In this document: in pieces, positions 20,616-31,694 of the stretch
Layout: each line of letters starts with the position of its first letter
How positions within the stretch are numbered: the stretch's first letter is position 1
Assembly (NCBI GenBank): GCA_036867785.1
Contig: CP145411.1
Location: forward strand, 1,426,001 to 1,490,000
DNA: 64,000 nt
Direction: 5' to 3'
From: Plasmodiophora brassicae
Taxonomy: Eukaryota
Notes under the pieces: generated by a model
The model's input: the letters and a program-made list of their open reading frames with translations, nothing else
The model's database searches: none
Told to the model about the DNA's origin: nothing
Translations under genes and position numbers: made by a program

Positions 20616-23600
20616 TTACGGTTCCCTGTTGTTGATTTCTGACAGGGGTGAGCGGACAAGAGCGGTCGGCGCCGCGGCGCTTGTCGATGGCGCCAACTTC
20701 TTCTCTAGCATGCGGTTCTGCAAACGATCAGCACATAGCCGAGTGTGCTACGACATCCGTACCTTCGCTTCAAGGATCTTGATCTGTTTCTGCAACTTCC
20801 TGGACTGGGTGACCAGTTGGTTTAGTTTGACCTTGTCGTCCTCCGTCATGGCAGCACCATCTGGATTCGCTGCACTGGTTGAGTTTTGCGATGGCTGGGA
20901 TTTCAAACCGGCAAGTTCTTCTCTCAACGACGCCGCCTACAACAATTTGCCCTTCGTCAGGGTGGTTGGTACGCATGCACATCCACACCGTCCTACCTCT
21001 TGAGTAGCGGCTTCGATCAGTGTCCCACATTTGGCGTGCTCAGTTTCAAGCGTGGTCAACGTTGTTGAGTATGTGCGGACGCGCAGCTGCAGCAACAGAC
21101 GTTATGACCATAACGACAGTGTTAATATTCCTTCAGGTACCTCATTGTCCCGTTGAAGCGTTCGGTTCTCGGTCTGCAGCCGTTCCTGTACGGATCGATG
21201 CTGCTCTTCTAGTTCGCTTGCTGACCGTTCCGCGTCGAGAAGGCGCTCTCTGTACGCCAAGAGCGCCTATAAATGAATTAGAAGCGAAGGACGATCTCAG
21301 GGGGAATCCACAGGGTACCTGTTCGTGCCGCCCTCGAAGCATACAGATTTGTGATGAAAACTGCCCGCTCTACACCGTCCACTATCAGATCACAGATGGG
21401 TATGTGTTAAAGTCTGGCCTTACCTGACGATCCAGTGCAGTGCTCCACTTCGTAAAGAGCTCATCGTGATCGGACCTGTATAAACAGGATTCCCTAAATT
21501 CACACCATGATCATGTTATGCTGTTCCAGCTATGCACATTGCAATGTCTTGATAACCTTTGGGCGTAACACAGCCTGATCTCGAGGTCGTCAGAAGCGCG
21601 GAGCGAAAGCTCAAGGGCACGTTGGAGAGCTTCAATGTCCTCGAATTGTTTCGCAATGACGCCGCTTATGTCATCTACAGTCTTTGGAATCGCCTGGGCG
21701 AACGACTCATTAAGGAGAGATGCTTCAGGGTATATGAAGGGATTACCATCATTGACTGGCGCCACATGCTCAACTCTGACTGCAGTCTGTCATGAGAACA
21801 TGCCATCATGCTGATCTGCATCCGAAGATGCTCGCTTTCACTTGCAAACCGTTCTTCTTCTTTGGCCCACGTTTGTTCTTGCTATTGATTGGTCGCGTTA
21901 GTCCGTCAGAAGTCCACTCCACAGAGCGCCTGCATTTACCTCGCGATTGTGGTAGCGCAAGCTCGTCAGTTCGCTTCTAAGCAATTCAGACCCCTCGATT
22001 GCATTCGGGATAATAGCACAGAATGGTTGAACTGAAAATTCTTGTGCGAAGTTCAGAGATAGCTGAACCTGCCAGCGGCATAATTCCGCCACTATATCAT
22101 CACGCTCGTTGACGATATTCTGTATATAGTATTGACAATCAGAGCGAGTCCCAGCAAGGTAACGGTAAACAAACCTTCAGTTGCTTCTGTAGTTCAGCTG
22201 CATCGTTCCGCTCAATTTCTAACATCTCATGGGCCAATGCAAGCTCTGTAAGACTCTCAGTAGCGATCAATTCGGCTTCTGCACGAGCAAGTTCCAGATC
22301 AGCCGCAGATGTACACCTACGACAAACATACAGGTCAATACATATTTCGTTACTGCAGATCGCCCCTTACTTTCGCAACTCGGCGATGGCCTGATCCCGC
22401 TGGACTTGCAATTCTAGGATTTCATCCTCCATCTGCTGACAGCAGAGTTGTTGCCGTTCCGCTTCAGCTTGACTTTCATCGAGTGCGACTTCTGCCTCCA
22501 TCAAGGCTTGCCTCAATTCGTCAGAGTGAGATTCAGCCTCATGATTCAGGCATGACACGTATTCAATGGCTTCGATTCCATGGGGATGCCATCGCGGACC
22601 ACCGCTTTGCCTTTCGGAGAAGATGCACCGCCTCAAGTACTCGACCTCTTCGGTTAATGCACCAATGGTGTCACTCGCATTCCAAAGACAGGCAGCCAGG
22701 CCAGCGAGGTCTTCCAACGAAGTTGCGAAGTGCGAAACAAGCCGTTGCCAGTCGAGGGCAGCCCCCAAACCCCCAGGCTGTAGACAGGCTTGCTTCTCAG
22801 ACGGTGTCGTTGCTAAGACGTCCTGAGCAGCACTTACGGTGTCGAGGGCGTGGCCAGGACTTCCTTCTGTTGGCTGACGCAGCGGTTGATCTCCAATGGC
22901 TCCGCTTGCAATTCGAGAGGACAGAGCAGCGATTTGCTCCTGAAGTGCGGCGTTCTCACGAATCCATTTGCCGACCTCATCAGACAGGTTATTCTTTTCG
23001 TCTGTACGGGCCGCGAGCAGATGACGTTCGTTCTCGGCTTCTTGCAGGGCTTCCGCGAGGTCGGATTCTAGACGACCGACCTTTTCAAGAAGATCGGCGT
23101 TCTCAGATCGACGTATCAGGTCTTTCCCACGATGCAGCGACAGCTCGCTTAGCATCTGCTTGAGAGTCGTCACTGAAGAATCCTCCGAAAGCTGCTCACC
23201 CTGAACGGGCTCGGTGACAGCAACCTGGCTAAGGCATTGACGAATTGAATCAAGCACGGTTTGCAGCTTGGCGTTCTCGGCACGCAGGGATCGCTCGTTG
23301 TTCCGAGCGTCAGCGACTTCACCTTGAAGGTTTCGGATGTCGTGCTGAACGGCCACCAACTCAGAACAGGCATTGAGTGATTCACGTTCTTGGCACAGGT
23401 ATTGCTGGTGCATAGAGGCGCACTCAAACGAGGCCTGCTTGATGGCTGCGTCCAGGACGTGAATCTTCTCCGTTGCATGCGCTGTCGACGTGACGAGCTC
23501 TGTTGCAATGTCCTGGATCACAGCGACAAGATGCGACTTCTCATCCACAGCGGCTGCCCAGCGCGCCTCGCTGCGCTCAAGTGCTTCTTGCAAGGATTTG

Positions 23601-26376
23601 TGCAGGTCAACAATTGTGGCATCGCCAGCGAGAAGGAGCCGTACAAGAGTATCGACCAACATCGTAAGAACAAATCCGAATTCTTCGCGACCTTGGTGCA
23701 CGCTGTCGAGAAGTGCTTCAAATGCAAGATCGGTGTTGTGTAAGCCACAGGAAAGATTATCGTAAGGTGATATAGGGAAGTCAAGTGACATGCGCCGCAA
23801 GATCGCCGCGATGGCGGATTGTTCCTGGTTATGCAGGACGATACCACAAATCTCCTCATTCTTCTGGTTCAAAGCCAGCATCAGACTTCGGATGTCGTCA
23901 TTCGCCTTAGTTCGCAGTTCGGCAATCATACTGGTCAGTCGATGATTCTCCTGTTTCAGCGTCTCTCCTGCTTGGGTGAGTTCCTGCAACACGTTCTGGG
24001 TTCGTGATTCTGAACCTTCGAGGGCGTTGACATCCGACCGCAGACCAGTCAGCTCGCCATGCATGGAAGCGGCAGACGCTTCGCTGGCAGCCAGCTGCTG
24101 AGTTACCTTCCCGCAGGCCTGGGTGAGGCGAGAAATCTCATCTTCGAGCGACTTCTGAGTATCCGTAGCGGCAGAGATTTGCTGGTCTATCTGGAGTTGT
24201 AGGCTTGCAACCATGGACTGTAATTCCTCGCGCTCCGACGTCATAGTTCGAGCACGCTCGTCAAATACTTCACGTTCAGATTCAAGTTTCCGTTGGAGAT
24301 CACCGTTCGCATCCTGCAAACTGCTTCGATCGCTGCGCAACGAATCGCACTCGGAACACTGGGCAGCCAGATCGGCCTCGTATCGACTACGAAGAGCAGA
24401 GACTTGATCCGCGTACGCTCTCGTTTGTTCGTCGAGCACGAGCTGAAGAGAGACCAGTTGCTCGTTGGCTTGGAATGCTCTACCCAGCGACTCTTGCATC
24501 GCAATATGCCAATTCTCAAATTGCCGAAGCATTGCATCGAACTCGGACACATGGTGGCGCAGCGAGGACTGGGTGTCACCGACATTCGTCGACAGCTGTG
24601 CGTTGGCTTCGGTCAGCGCGGCAACCTGCCGAGACAGATTCAAGATGAGGTCGTTTGCGGCCGCGTGATCTGCTAGCGCCTTCTCATTTGCTCCTGCGAC
24701 GCGACGAACATAACCGTCGACATTCGAGTGGAGGCAAGCATTTGCATCCTTTTCAGCAGAGAGTTGGAAGCGGAGTTGCTTGACATGCTCGTCAAACTCC
24801 AGCTGCAGGGCTTGCGTTTGCCCTTGTTGCTGTTCGAGTCGCGTCTGAAGCGCTTCAACCCGTTCTGTTGTCGTCGAAAGTTCTTCGGTCAATGAAATGA
24901 TCACTGATCGGTCGCGTTCGGCGTCAGCGAGCAATTTGGAGGCGGCACGCTCGAGATCCCGCTCGCGCTCCTCAACCCGAGCTTGGATCGCCGCAAGCTC
25001 GGTTTCGTGCGATGAGGCATTCAAGGTGATCTGATCATTGAGAGCGGATACGTCCTTCTCAGCTTTGGCTGTGACTTCAGCCAGTTCGCGGCGAAGGCAC
25101 GCAACGGTTTCATTCAACGAGCTCCAAGCAAGATCCTTTTCCGACAGCGTTTTCTGCAGGTCGCTGATTACAGCGTTGCGGGCGTCTTCGAAATTCGAAA
25201 CAAGGTTCGCGTTCGCATCCTTCTGGGCGTTCAATTCGGTTGTGAGTTCCCGGATATGGTCGTCGCGTTCTCGAAGCTGGATCTGGGCTTGAGCGGTGTA
25301 CTCCTCACGGTGCGCTTCGAGCGAAACAGCCCTCTTGGTCGCCGTCTCGTACTGCTGGGTCAACGAGGCGATCGTCGCATTGCCTTGATCGACGCGTTGT
25401 TGCAGTGCAGAAACAGTCAGATCGAGATCGCCCTGACGGTTGTGTGCTTCGACCTTCAATGCCTCGAGTTGCGCTCGGTGTGACGCATCGTTCGCCTCAA
25501 TCCGTTCCGTCAACTCGGCCAGCTCACGACGCGCCTTCCCAGTGACGTCAGACAGCTCATGGCGAAGTCGCTCCATAGCGAGGTTCAACGCCTTAACGGT
25601 CGCTTCGCTCTCAGATAGCGTTTTTCGCAAGCCGTCAATCTCGGCATTCCGGGCGTCGAGAAGAGCGGCCGTCTCGTTATTGACCGCATCCAGGCGCGTC
25701 TGGGCGGCAATCATTGCTTTGGCACGCTCATCAATTCTGGACTGCATCGCCGACCGCTCCAAAACCCATTCGGTCCGTTCTCGTTCAAGCTGGGAAAGGG
25801 CGCTTCGTTCGCCTTCGATGGCGGCGGCAGCCTGATCCCGGAGTCGTCTCAGTTCATGGTCCTTCCCGGTCAATACCATCTTCGATTCGTCGTTCAGTTC
25901 AGTTAATCGCTGCTCAAGGCCCTGCACGCGTTCGCCCATGTCGGATCTGTCCGCCTCAGCCTGCATCTGGAGAGCCGCGTGATCACGCTCAAGAATATGG
26001 ATCCGGTCAAGAAGGCGTTGTCGTTCCCCATCCCAGTTGGACGATTCGGCTTTCATTCTGGCGACAAGCTCGTCGTAGTCGGCGCGCAGCTGTACGTCGC
26101 TCCCCGACACCGTGCCAGATTCCGCTGCCTGCCAGAAAGGACGCCATGAGAAGACAACCATCTGTCGTTATTACGTCAGCACCTGCTTCAACTGCTCGAT
26201 CTCGTCGCGTAACGCTTGCGTCCGGGATTCCAGTTCAGCCGCCTGCACGCACACCACACCGTCGGCGCTACTGTACGAGGGTCCGGCAACAACCACAGGC
26301 GTACATGCTGGGCTGCCGCCTTGGCGACCTTTGCCTCCAGGGCGCTGATCTTGAACTGCGCCCGACGCAGGTCCAT
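20616..26376 (-). CDS. Very long coiled-coil protein (centrosomal/cytoskeletal type), multi-exon
   Basis: 1264-codon heptad-rich ORF 22367-26161. In-frame GT-AG joins checked to upstream exons (MDLRRAQF...QH|AAELE) and to some downstream exons (LRK|CTSAADLE; ILEAK|NRMLEKK...REP*). Start uncertain. Confidence 0.7.
24716..25657 (-). repeat. Internal tandem duplication (2 x 157 aa) within the coiled-coil gene
   Basis: DARNAEIDGLRKTLSE...AQKDANANLVSNFE and DARNAVISDLQKTLSE...AEKDANACLHSNVD. Unit starts are at 25657 and 25186 (471 nt apart). Confidence 0.8.
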
Positions 26377-26603
26377 GGTTGAGCCGGCTGCGAACGCAGT
26401 GCAGCCGACGACGGCGACTCCCCCACAGCCACCACAAAAATGGCGGCGGAAACTCGCGCCAAACTACCACCGCGCCGGGTCCTGCCAGGTTTCGAATTTG
26501 GGATCGCTCCAGAGGGGGAGTGCTTCCTCGTTGCGGTCTGCCATGGAGGCACGCGGTGACAGTACCGAGATACACGTACGCGACTGTGTGTATTTGTGCC
26601 CGT

Positions 26604-28007
26604 TCAGGGGTATGGGCATCCCCAGAACGGGGCTGGTATACAGTTTAAGTACTTACAGGTCGGACAGGACGTGTTACCGTCGATGCCTTGCGACAACGTG
26701 GTTGATAATGCGATGAAGAGGAACACTAATAGGCATAGAGCAACGCCTTGACGCAACCGAGTCAATGAATACTAGTCCGGGATCGCGGGCGCCGGATGGC
26801 GTACCTGACAGGATTTTCGTATACAGAGGGCGTCCAGCGGGTCGCTCCTCAGTGAGGACGACCAGGCCGGCCAGGAATCCGCCGACCAAACCGCCAATAT
26901 GGCTAAAGTTGTCGATCCATGGGATCAATCCAACGGCTGCAGATGGACGGTCAGCCATGCCGCCGTGCGCCATCCACTGCCCGAGGCCTACCTAGAACCA
27001 GGACGATGTTCAACAGCAGAATCGGCAGGTACATTGGCTGGGGCGGCATGATCTTGTAGTTCTGCGCGCAATCTGCGAGCATTGCCCCGACGATACCTGA
27101 TAGCCCCGGTCAATGTGCTGCCGTGCTGGGGCGATCACCCGTCGTGCCTACCAAAGACGGCACCTGATGCCCCCACTGTCAACTCGTTGGGCAGGTAGAC
27201 GGCGCTGGCCAGCGATGACGTGAAGATTGCGACAAGGTAGATGCACCCTATCGGTAGTGGCCCGAACGCTGCCTGCTGATCAGGTGAGAACGCGGCCGCG
27301 CAAAGCACGCCCTTCCCAAGGGGGTTGTCGAACCTCCATCGACCCGCCAACGCGCCACAGAGCGTACATGTTAACCAGCAGGTGCACAATCCCACCGTGC
27401 ACGAACGCCGTCGTGAACAGGCGGTACCATTGGCCGTTGTGGATTGCGGGCACGTCTTTCGCCCCGATCCTGTGCATCGAGCGTTACAGGAACTCGTCCA
27501 TGACGACCATACGTCTTACTCGTCCAGTACGCTCGAGCTCGGGCCGATCATCGGGTTCGTCCCCACCGGTTCGAACACGAAGTTCGCAACGTACAACGTG
27601 GCGACAAACACGACCGTGTTGACGGCAATGATCGTTATGGTCAGGTACCGCTGCGTCCACCATTGTTCGTGCTCTGGAGGCGCTACTGCTAATGATGCTC
27701 CCTGCGCCAGGCGGTTGGCGCGATCGTTGTCCTTGAGGCCTTCCATGTGGTCGCCTCTGGGTCTCGCGCTGCTGTTGCTCGACGAGTAGCTCGGCAGGGT
27801 CAACGTGGAATGGGAGCCTTCGTCGTCCTGCGCTGGCTCGCTATTGGCTATACGCGGGAACAGGCCCAACCGGGGCGACGGCCGCCGCTGGTAATCGACA
27901 ACGGTGAACTCGGACGCGCCAGTCACGTCCCCGAGGGCCAACTGCTCCTGACGGGATCGCGACGAACGACGCGGCCGACGTCGCTGACCGCGTTGCTCTG
28001 TGGTCAT
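26604..28007 (-). CDS. Rhomboid intramembrane serine protease (RBL type), multi-exon
   Basis: NPMIGPSS, QWYRLFTTAFVHGGIVHLLVNM, catalytic TVGASGAVF, IDNFSHIGGLVGG and Cys-rich tail CPTCKYLNCIPAPFWGCPYP*. Confidence 0.92.
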
Positions 28008-28085
28008 GTACGTCCCAGGCCTATGGGGTGGGCGCGTGCCAGAGATCCCTGGGGGTCGCCGCGCAGCCCCCGTTCCTGGCGGCCG

Positions 28086-29180
28086 ATGGTTCGACCTAGA
28101 GGAGGGCGACTGTGGTGCCCCGGCGCCGCTGCCGCTCTACTGCCGGTCGCCATCGTCAACATCCTGTTCCTCCTCTATGGGACTTCGCCACGCGCGTTGC
28201 TGGCCCCTTTCGAGGCCAACCGCCGCCTGCGATACGGTGACATGCTCGAAGCGTCATCGTCGACGGTCGCGTTCGATTTCGCTGGCGAATTCCATCGGCA
28301 GGCGTCGGCCAGGCCGGCCCGTCCCCATCAGACTCGCCCAGGGGACGCGCCACGCGGCTGGTCGTTCCCGTTCGTATCCGGTGACGTGTTCCGGCTCGCG
28401 TCCGACTTTATCTTTGACGAGACCGACGCCAGCGATGTGTGGACCGGGGCCGACGTGCGCCCCTGCGACGTCGTCTTCGTCAAGTCGTGCCGGTTCGCCG
28501 ATTTCCGGGCCCGGATCCGCCCAGACATCACCGCCCCGTTCATCCTGGTCAGCCACAACTCGGACGCGTCGCTGCCCGGGGACACGCCCGCCGACCCGCT
28601 CGTCTTCCGATGGTTCGCCCAGAACCTGGACCGCCCGGGCGGACGCCTGCACCCCATCCCGATCGGCATCGAGAACATGCAGTGGCCGGGCGGCAACGTC
28701 ACCCGCTGGATCGAGCGCCTCTCAGCGCCGATCCGCCCGTGGGACGATCGCGACCTGCTGCTCTTCGTCGCCTGGAGCGACGCGACCAATGCCAGACGCC
28801 GCGAATGGAAACGCCTCCTGGCGAATTTCAGCACCGACGTCGTCGTGGCGGGCGGCCTGTCGCGCGACGAATACCTGGCGGGGTTAGGTCGTGCGAAATT
28901 CGTCGCGTCGCCGCCCGGCAACGGCGTGGACTGCCACCGCACATGGGAGGCGGTCCTCATGGGAGCCGTCCCCGTCGTCCTCGCATCGGCGCTCGACGAC
29001 CTGCACCTGGCCGGCCCCGTCGTCATTGTCGACGATTACGCCGACCTGACCGAACCGGCCCTCCGACGCATCCGGCCGTCGTCCAGGTACACCCGGGACG
29101 TCGTCTGGGCGAACACGTGGCTGGCGAAGGTTCACCGCGCCGTACAGCAGTGCCGGGATCGAAACAGGGTCGACTTCTAA
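28086..29180 (+). CDS. Type II membrane exostosin/GT47-like glycosyltransferase, intronless
   Basis: N-terminal TM LLPVAIVNILFLLYG. Motifs FILVSHNSD, WFAQN, PIPIGIEN and YLAGLGRAKFVASPPGNGVDCHRTWEAVLMGAVPVV. Confidence 0.75.
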   Translation: MVRPRGGRLWCPGAAAALLPVAIVNILFLLYGTSPRALLAPFEANRRLRYGDMLEASSSTVAFDFAGEFHRQASARPARPHQTRPGDAPRGWSFPFVSGDVFRLASDFIFDETDASDVWTGADVRPCDVVFVKSCRFADFRARIRPDITAPFILVSHNSDASLPGDTPADPLVFRWFAQNLDRPGGRLHPIPIGIENMQWPGGNVTRWIERLSAPIRPWDDRDLLLFVAWSDATNARRREWKRLLANFSTDVVVAGGLSRDEYLAGLGRAKFVASPPGNGVDCHRTWEAVLMGAVPVVLASALDDLHLAGPVVIVDDYADLTEPALRRIRPSSRYTRDVVWANTWLAKVHRAVQQCRDRNRVDF

Positions 29181-29212
29181 TATGGAGACCTGGACGATGG
29201 GTCGGCCCGCGT

Positions 29213-30838
29213 TTATGTACGGTGATATAGGGAGAGGTGGAGCCGGGCGAGGTCGCCTATCCGGTCGTTGGGGTCCGCGATGGCGTCCGCGGTCCTGCTT
29301 AGGAACTCGATGATGGACGCGACGTCCTTCGTGATGAACGGGTCGCGTTGCGCGTCCACGTCGCTGTCGTCGTCGGTGAGCACGTCGCGCATGGCGGTGA
29401 ACATGTCCAGGGATTGTGTGATGACGCGCCGGTCGGTGCAGGCGCCGACGCCGTCCAAGTGGACGCCTTTGTACCGTTTCAGCGGGAACGGCGACCCCGC
29501 CTGGAAATGCTGCCGGTGCCGGATGGTTCGTACCCATTGGCGGATAGCACGGGTCACGGTCCTCGGCAGGGAGACCTGGCGCGGCAGTTGCAGGCCATGC
29601 GACCCCCATCGCCTGCTGGCCAGGACAAAGTCGCGAACGACCTGGCTCAGCAGGACGGTTTGCACCCAGGGCGCCGCCTGCGTGTCGGCCGGGTACGTGC
29701 GCAGCGCCTTCGTCAGCCGCATCGCCAGGCTCGTCAGGAACGTCTGCGCCAGGTGCAGCGACGTGGCGTCCAGGGCGCCCCAGACCTGCAGCGTCAGCAG
29801 CGTCTGGCCGACGACGCCGATGAAGTCGCCGCCGTGCAGCAGCGCGTCGTAGCTGGTCACGATGAACACGTTGGCGCTGAGCGCCACGATCTCGTCGGCG
29901 ACGCCCGCCGCCGGGCCCCGGTCGGCCACGACCGCCGAGTAGATGTACGACTGCCACCCGCGCTGGTCGACCAGCGTCCGGCAGTTGAACGTGTTCCCGA
30001 TCAGCAGCGCGTTGATATCGTGCAGGAGGCGGGAGCGCAGCGCCGGCTGGGCGGCCTGGAGCAGGTGCAGGAGCGGGCCCCAGGCCGCCGGGCAGTGCAC
30101 GCGCCCGTCGTGCATCAGGTGCCGCCTGTCCGTCGGGCGCGGGCGCTCCGACTTGCCCATGAGGATCTCGAGCAGGGCCTCGAGCACGCTGTCGGCGACG
30201 CCGTGCCGCCGACCCGCGACTGCAACATGGGCCAGGAAGCGCTGTCGCCCGCTGCGGCACGTGCCGCACCAGCAGGACAGGCCCGTGCCGCACGAGCACG
30301 CCTGCCAGAGCGCCACGATCGCCAGGTCGTGCGAGCCGGGTCCGCTGGCCGACGCGAGCACGTCCGCGATGGCGATCTCGCGATCGGCGTGCGCGCCGGG
30401 TGACTTAATGGCGTCCAGGAGCGCGGCGTCGTCCAGGACGTTGCGTCGTGGTGGGCGCGGGGCGACAATGGAGAGCAGCGTGTGCCAGGTGGCGGCCTGG
30501 GACGCGTGCGGCGCCGTCAGCCGTGCGACACGACCGGAGAACTCGACCTGGACCGTGGCGGTCGTGTTCGGGACGCGGTAGACGGCGTCGATGTTGTCGA
30601 GCGGGACGACGAGCTCGGGGCGCGTGTACTGGACCCAGTCGGTCAGGCTGCTGTACAGCGCCAGGTGCGTGTCGTCCAGGACGGCGAACACGCGCCTGGA
30701 CGGCAGGACGAAGATGGCGGATCGGGCACGTGGGCGCGTGTGCCGGCGCAGCGTCCCGCATAGGATTACGTTGCGCCTGCGAATGCATACGGACGCCTGG
30801 CCGATCCGATCCAGGTCGTCGCTCGTTAATAACGGCAT
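29213..30838 (-). CDS. PH-domain protein with a neurobeachin-like helical region, intronless
   Basis: PH pattern ILCGTLRR...RRVFAVLDDTHLALY...ARLTAPHASQAATWHTLL. LHDINALLIGNTFNCRTLVDQRGWQSYI resembles the N-terminal helical region of BEACH proteins. Confidence 0.6.
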   Translation of the reverse strand: MPLLTSDDLDRIGQASVCIRRRNVILCGTLRRHTRPRARSAIFVLPSRRVFAVLDDTHLALYSSLTDWVQYTRPELVVPLDNIDAVYRVPNTTATVQVEFSGRVARLTAPHASQAATWHTLLSIVAPRPPRRNVLDDAALLDAIKSPGAHADREIAIADVLASASGPGSHDLAIVALWQACSCGTGLSCWCGTCRSGRQRFLAHVAVAGRRHGVADSVLEALLEILMGKSERPRPTDRRHLMHDGRVHCPAAWGPLLHLLQAAQPALRSRLLHDINALLIGNTFNCRTLVDQRGWQSYIYSAVVADRGPAAGVADEIVALSANVFIVTSYDALLHGGDFIGVVGQTLLTLQVWGALDATSLHLAQTFLTSLAMRLTKALRTYPADTQAAPWVQTVLLSQVVRDFVLASRRWGSHGLQLPRQVSLPRTVTRAIRQWVRTIRHRQHFQAGSPFPLKRYKGVHLDGVGACTDRRVITQSLDMFTAMRDVLTDDDSDVDAQRDPFITKDVASIIEFLSRTADAIADPNDRIGDLARLHLSLYHRT

Positions 30839-30915
30839 CGCACAACGATGCCCGGTTGACGTTATGGTCGTCGACGTGAACGACCACGAGCGGGTCGGTA
30901 ACGGGCGTCGTCAGT

Positions 30916-31606
30916 TGACTCACGGGGGCGGCGTCATGGAATCAGCACCCGCCATTTGGGAACGTGCATATCCTTTTCATCCGTCTATGACTCTCCATGG
31001 CTGACTCATGGCGCCACTCGCGTGAGTCAACTGGCAGATTCCAGGGCGTCAGCCCAGACGGTCGACGATTCGTCATTCGAGAATCTAAAGTGTAACGCGT
31101 ACCACGACGTGGGAAATGGCCCCGTTCTGGAACCGGTTTCGTCGTCGTGTGCGATCGCTGTCGGCCCGCCTGTCCCGCAGGTCCAGCTCGCGAATGATGA
31201 TCACCATGGGCCCTGGGTACGACGACCTCGCGCCGCCCGTCGCGGACTCCAGCTTCAGCGACGTGAGCGACCTGTCCCTCGAGGCGGACGACGCCAACAA
31301 GGGCGCCCGCCGACGCGGCCGCCGCTCTCGTTTCCTGCGCTCGTTCAGACGCATCCTCATTTAATGTATACGACGTCTATCTATGGTGCGTGCACGGGTG
31401 TGCGGGTGGAGCGCGATCGCCAACCGGGCCGTGAAACTGTGTCCCGATTGGTGCAGTGGGCAACGCCGGCAACGTGGCGCAGCAGGTCCACGAGGACAAC
31501 GACGACGCGCCGGAGCCCCCGGGGCAGCCACGTCGGAGCGAGAGGCGCAAAATTTGAGGTGCGCGGCGCACTCTTCGGCCATTTGACTCACGGGCGAGCT
31601 GACTCA
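30916..31606. promoter_or_regulatory. Cluster of five TGACTCA/TGAGTCA (AP-1/GCN4-type bZIP) sites
   Basis: Perfect sites at 30916, 31002, 31023 (TGAGTCA), 31584 and 31600, with a near-match TGACTCT at 30988. All lie in non-coding gaps upstream of ATGs. Confidence 0.6.
31116..31364 (+). CDS. Small hypothetical protein (82 aa), Arg-rich ends and acidic centre
   Basis: ATG-TAA ORF filling an otherwise empty gap, with GC3-rich codons like its neighbours. Preceded by TGACTCA sites. Confidence 0.5.
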   Translation: MAPFWNRFRRRVRSLSARLSRRSSSRMMITMGPGYDDLAPPVADSSFSDVSDLSLEADDANKGARRRGRRSRFLRSFRRILI

Positions 31607-31694
31607 TCGGCGCGTAGCTGGCCCGCAAACCCTCATAACTTAATCGTAATCGTTCGTCGTCATCATCGTCGTTCGCGTTCCCGTATTTATACCA

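Noticed and set aside
28884-30403. Long alternative-frame and antisense ORFs (471 aa, 351 aa)
   Set aside because: Arg/Pro/Ala-rich shadow ORFs expected from high GC3 over real genes, with no motifs.
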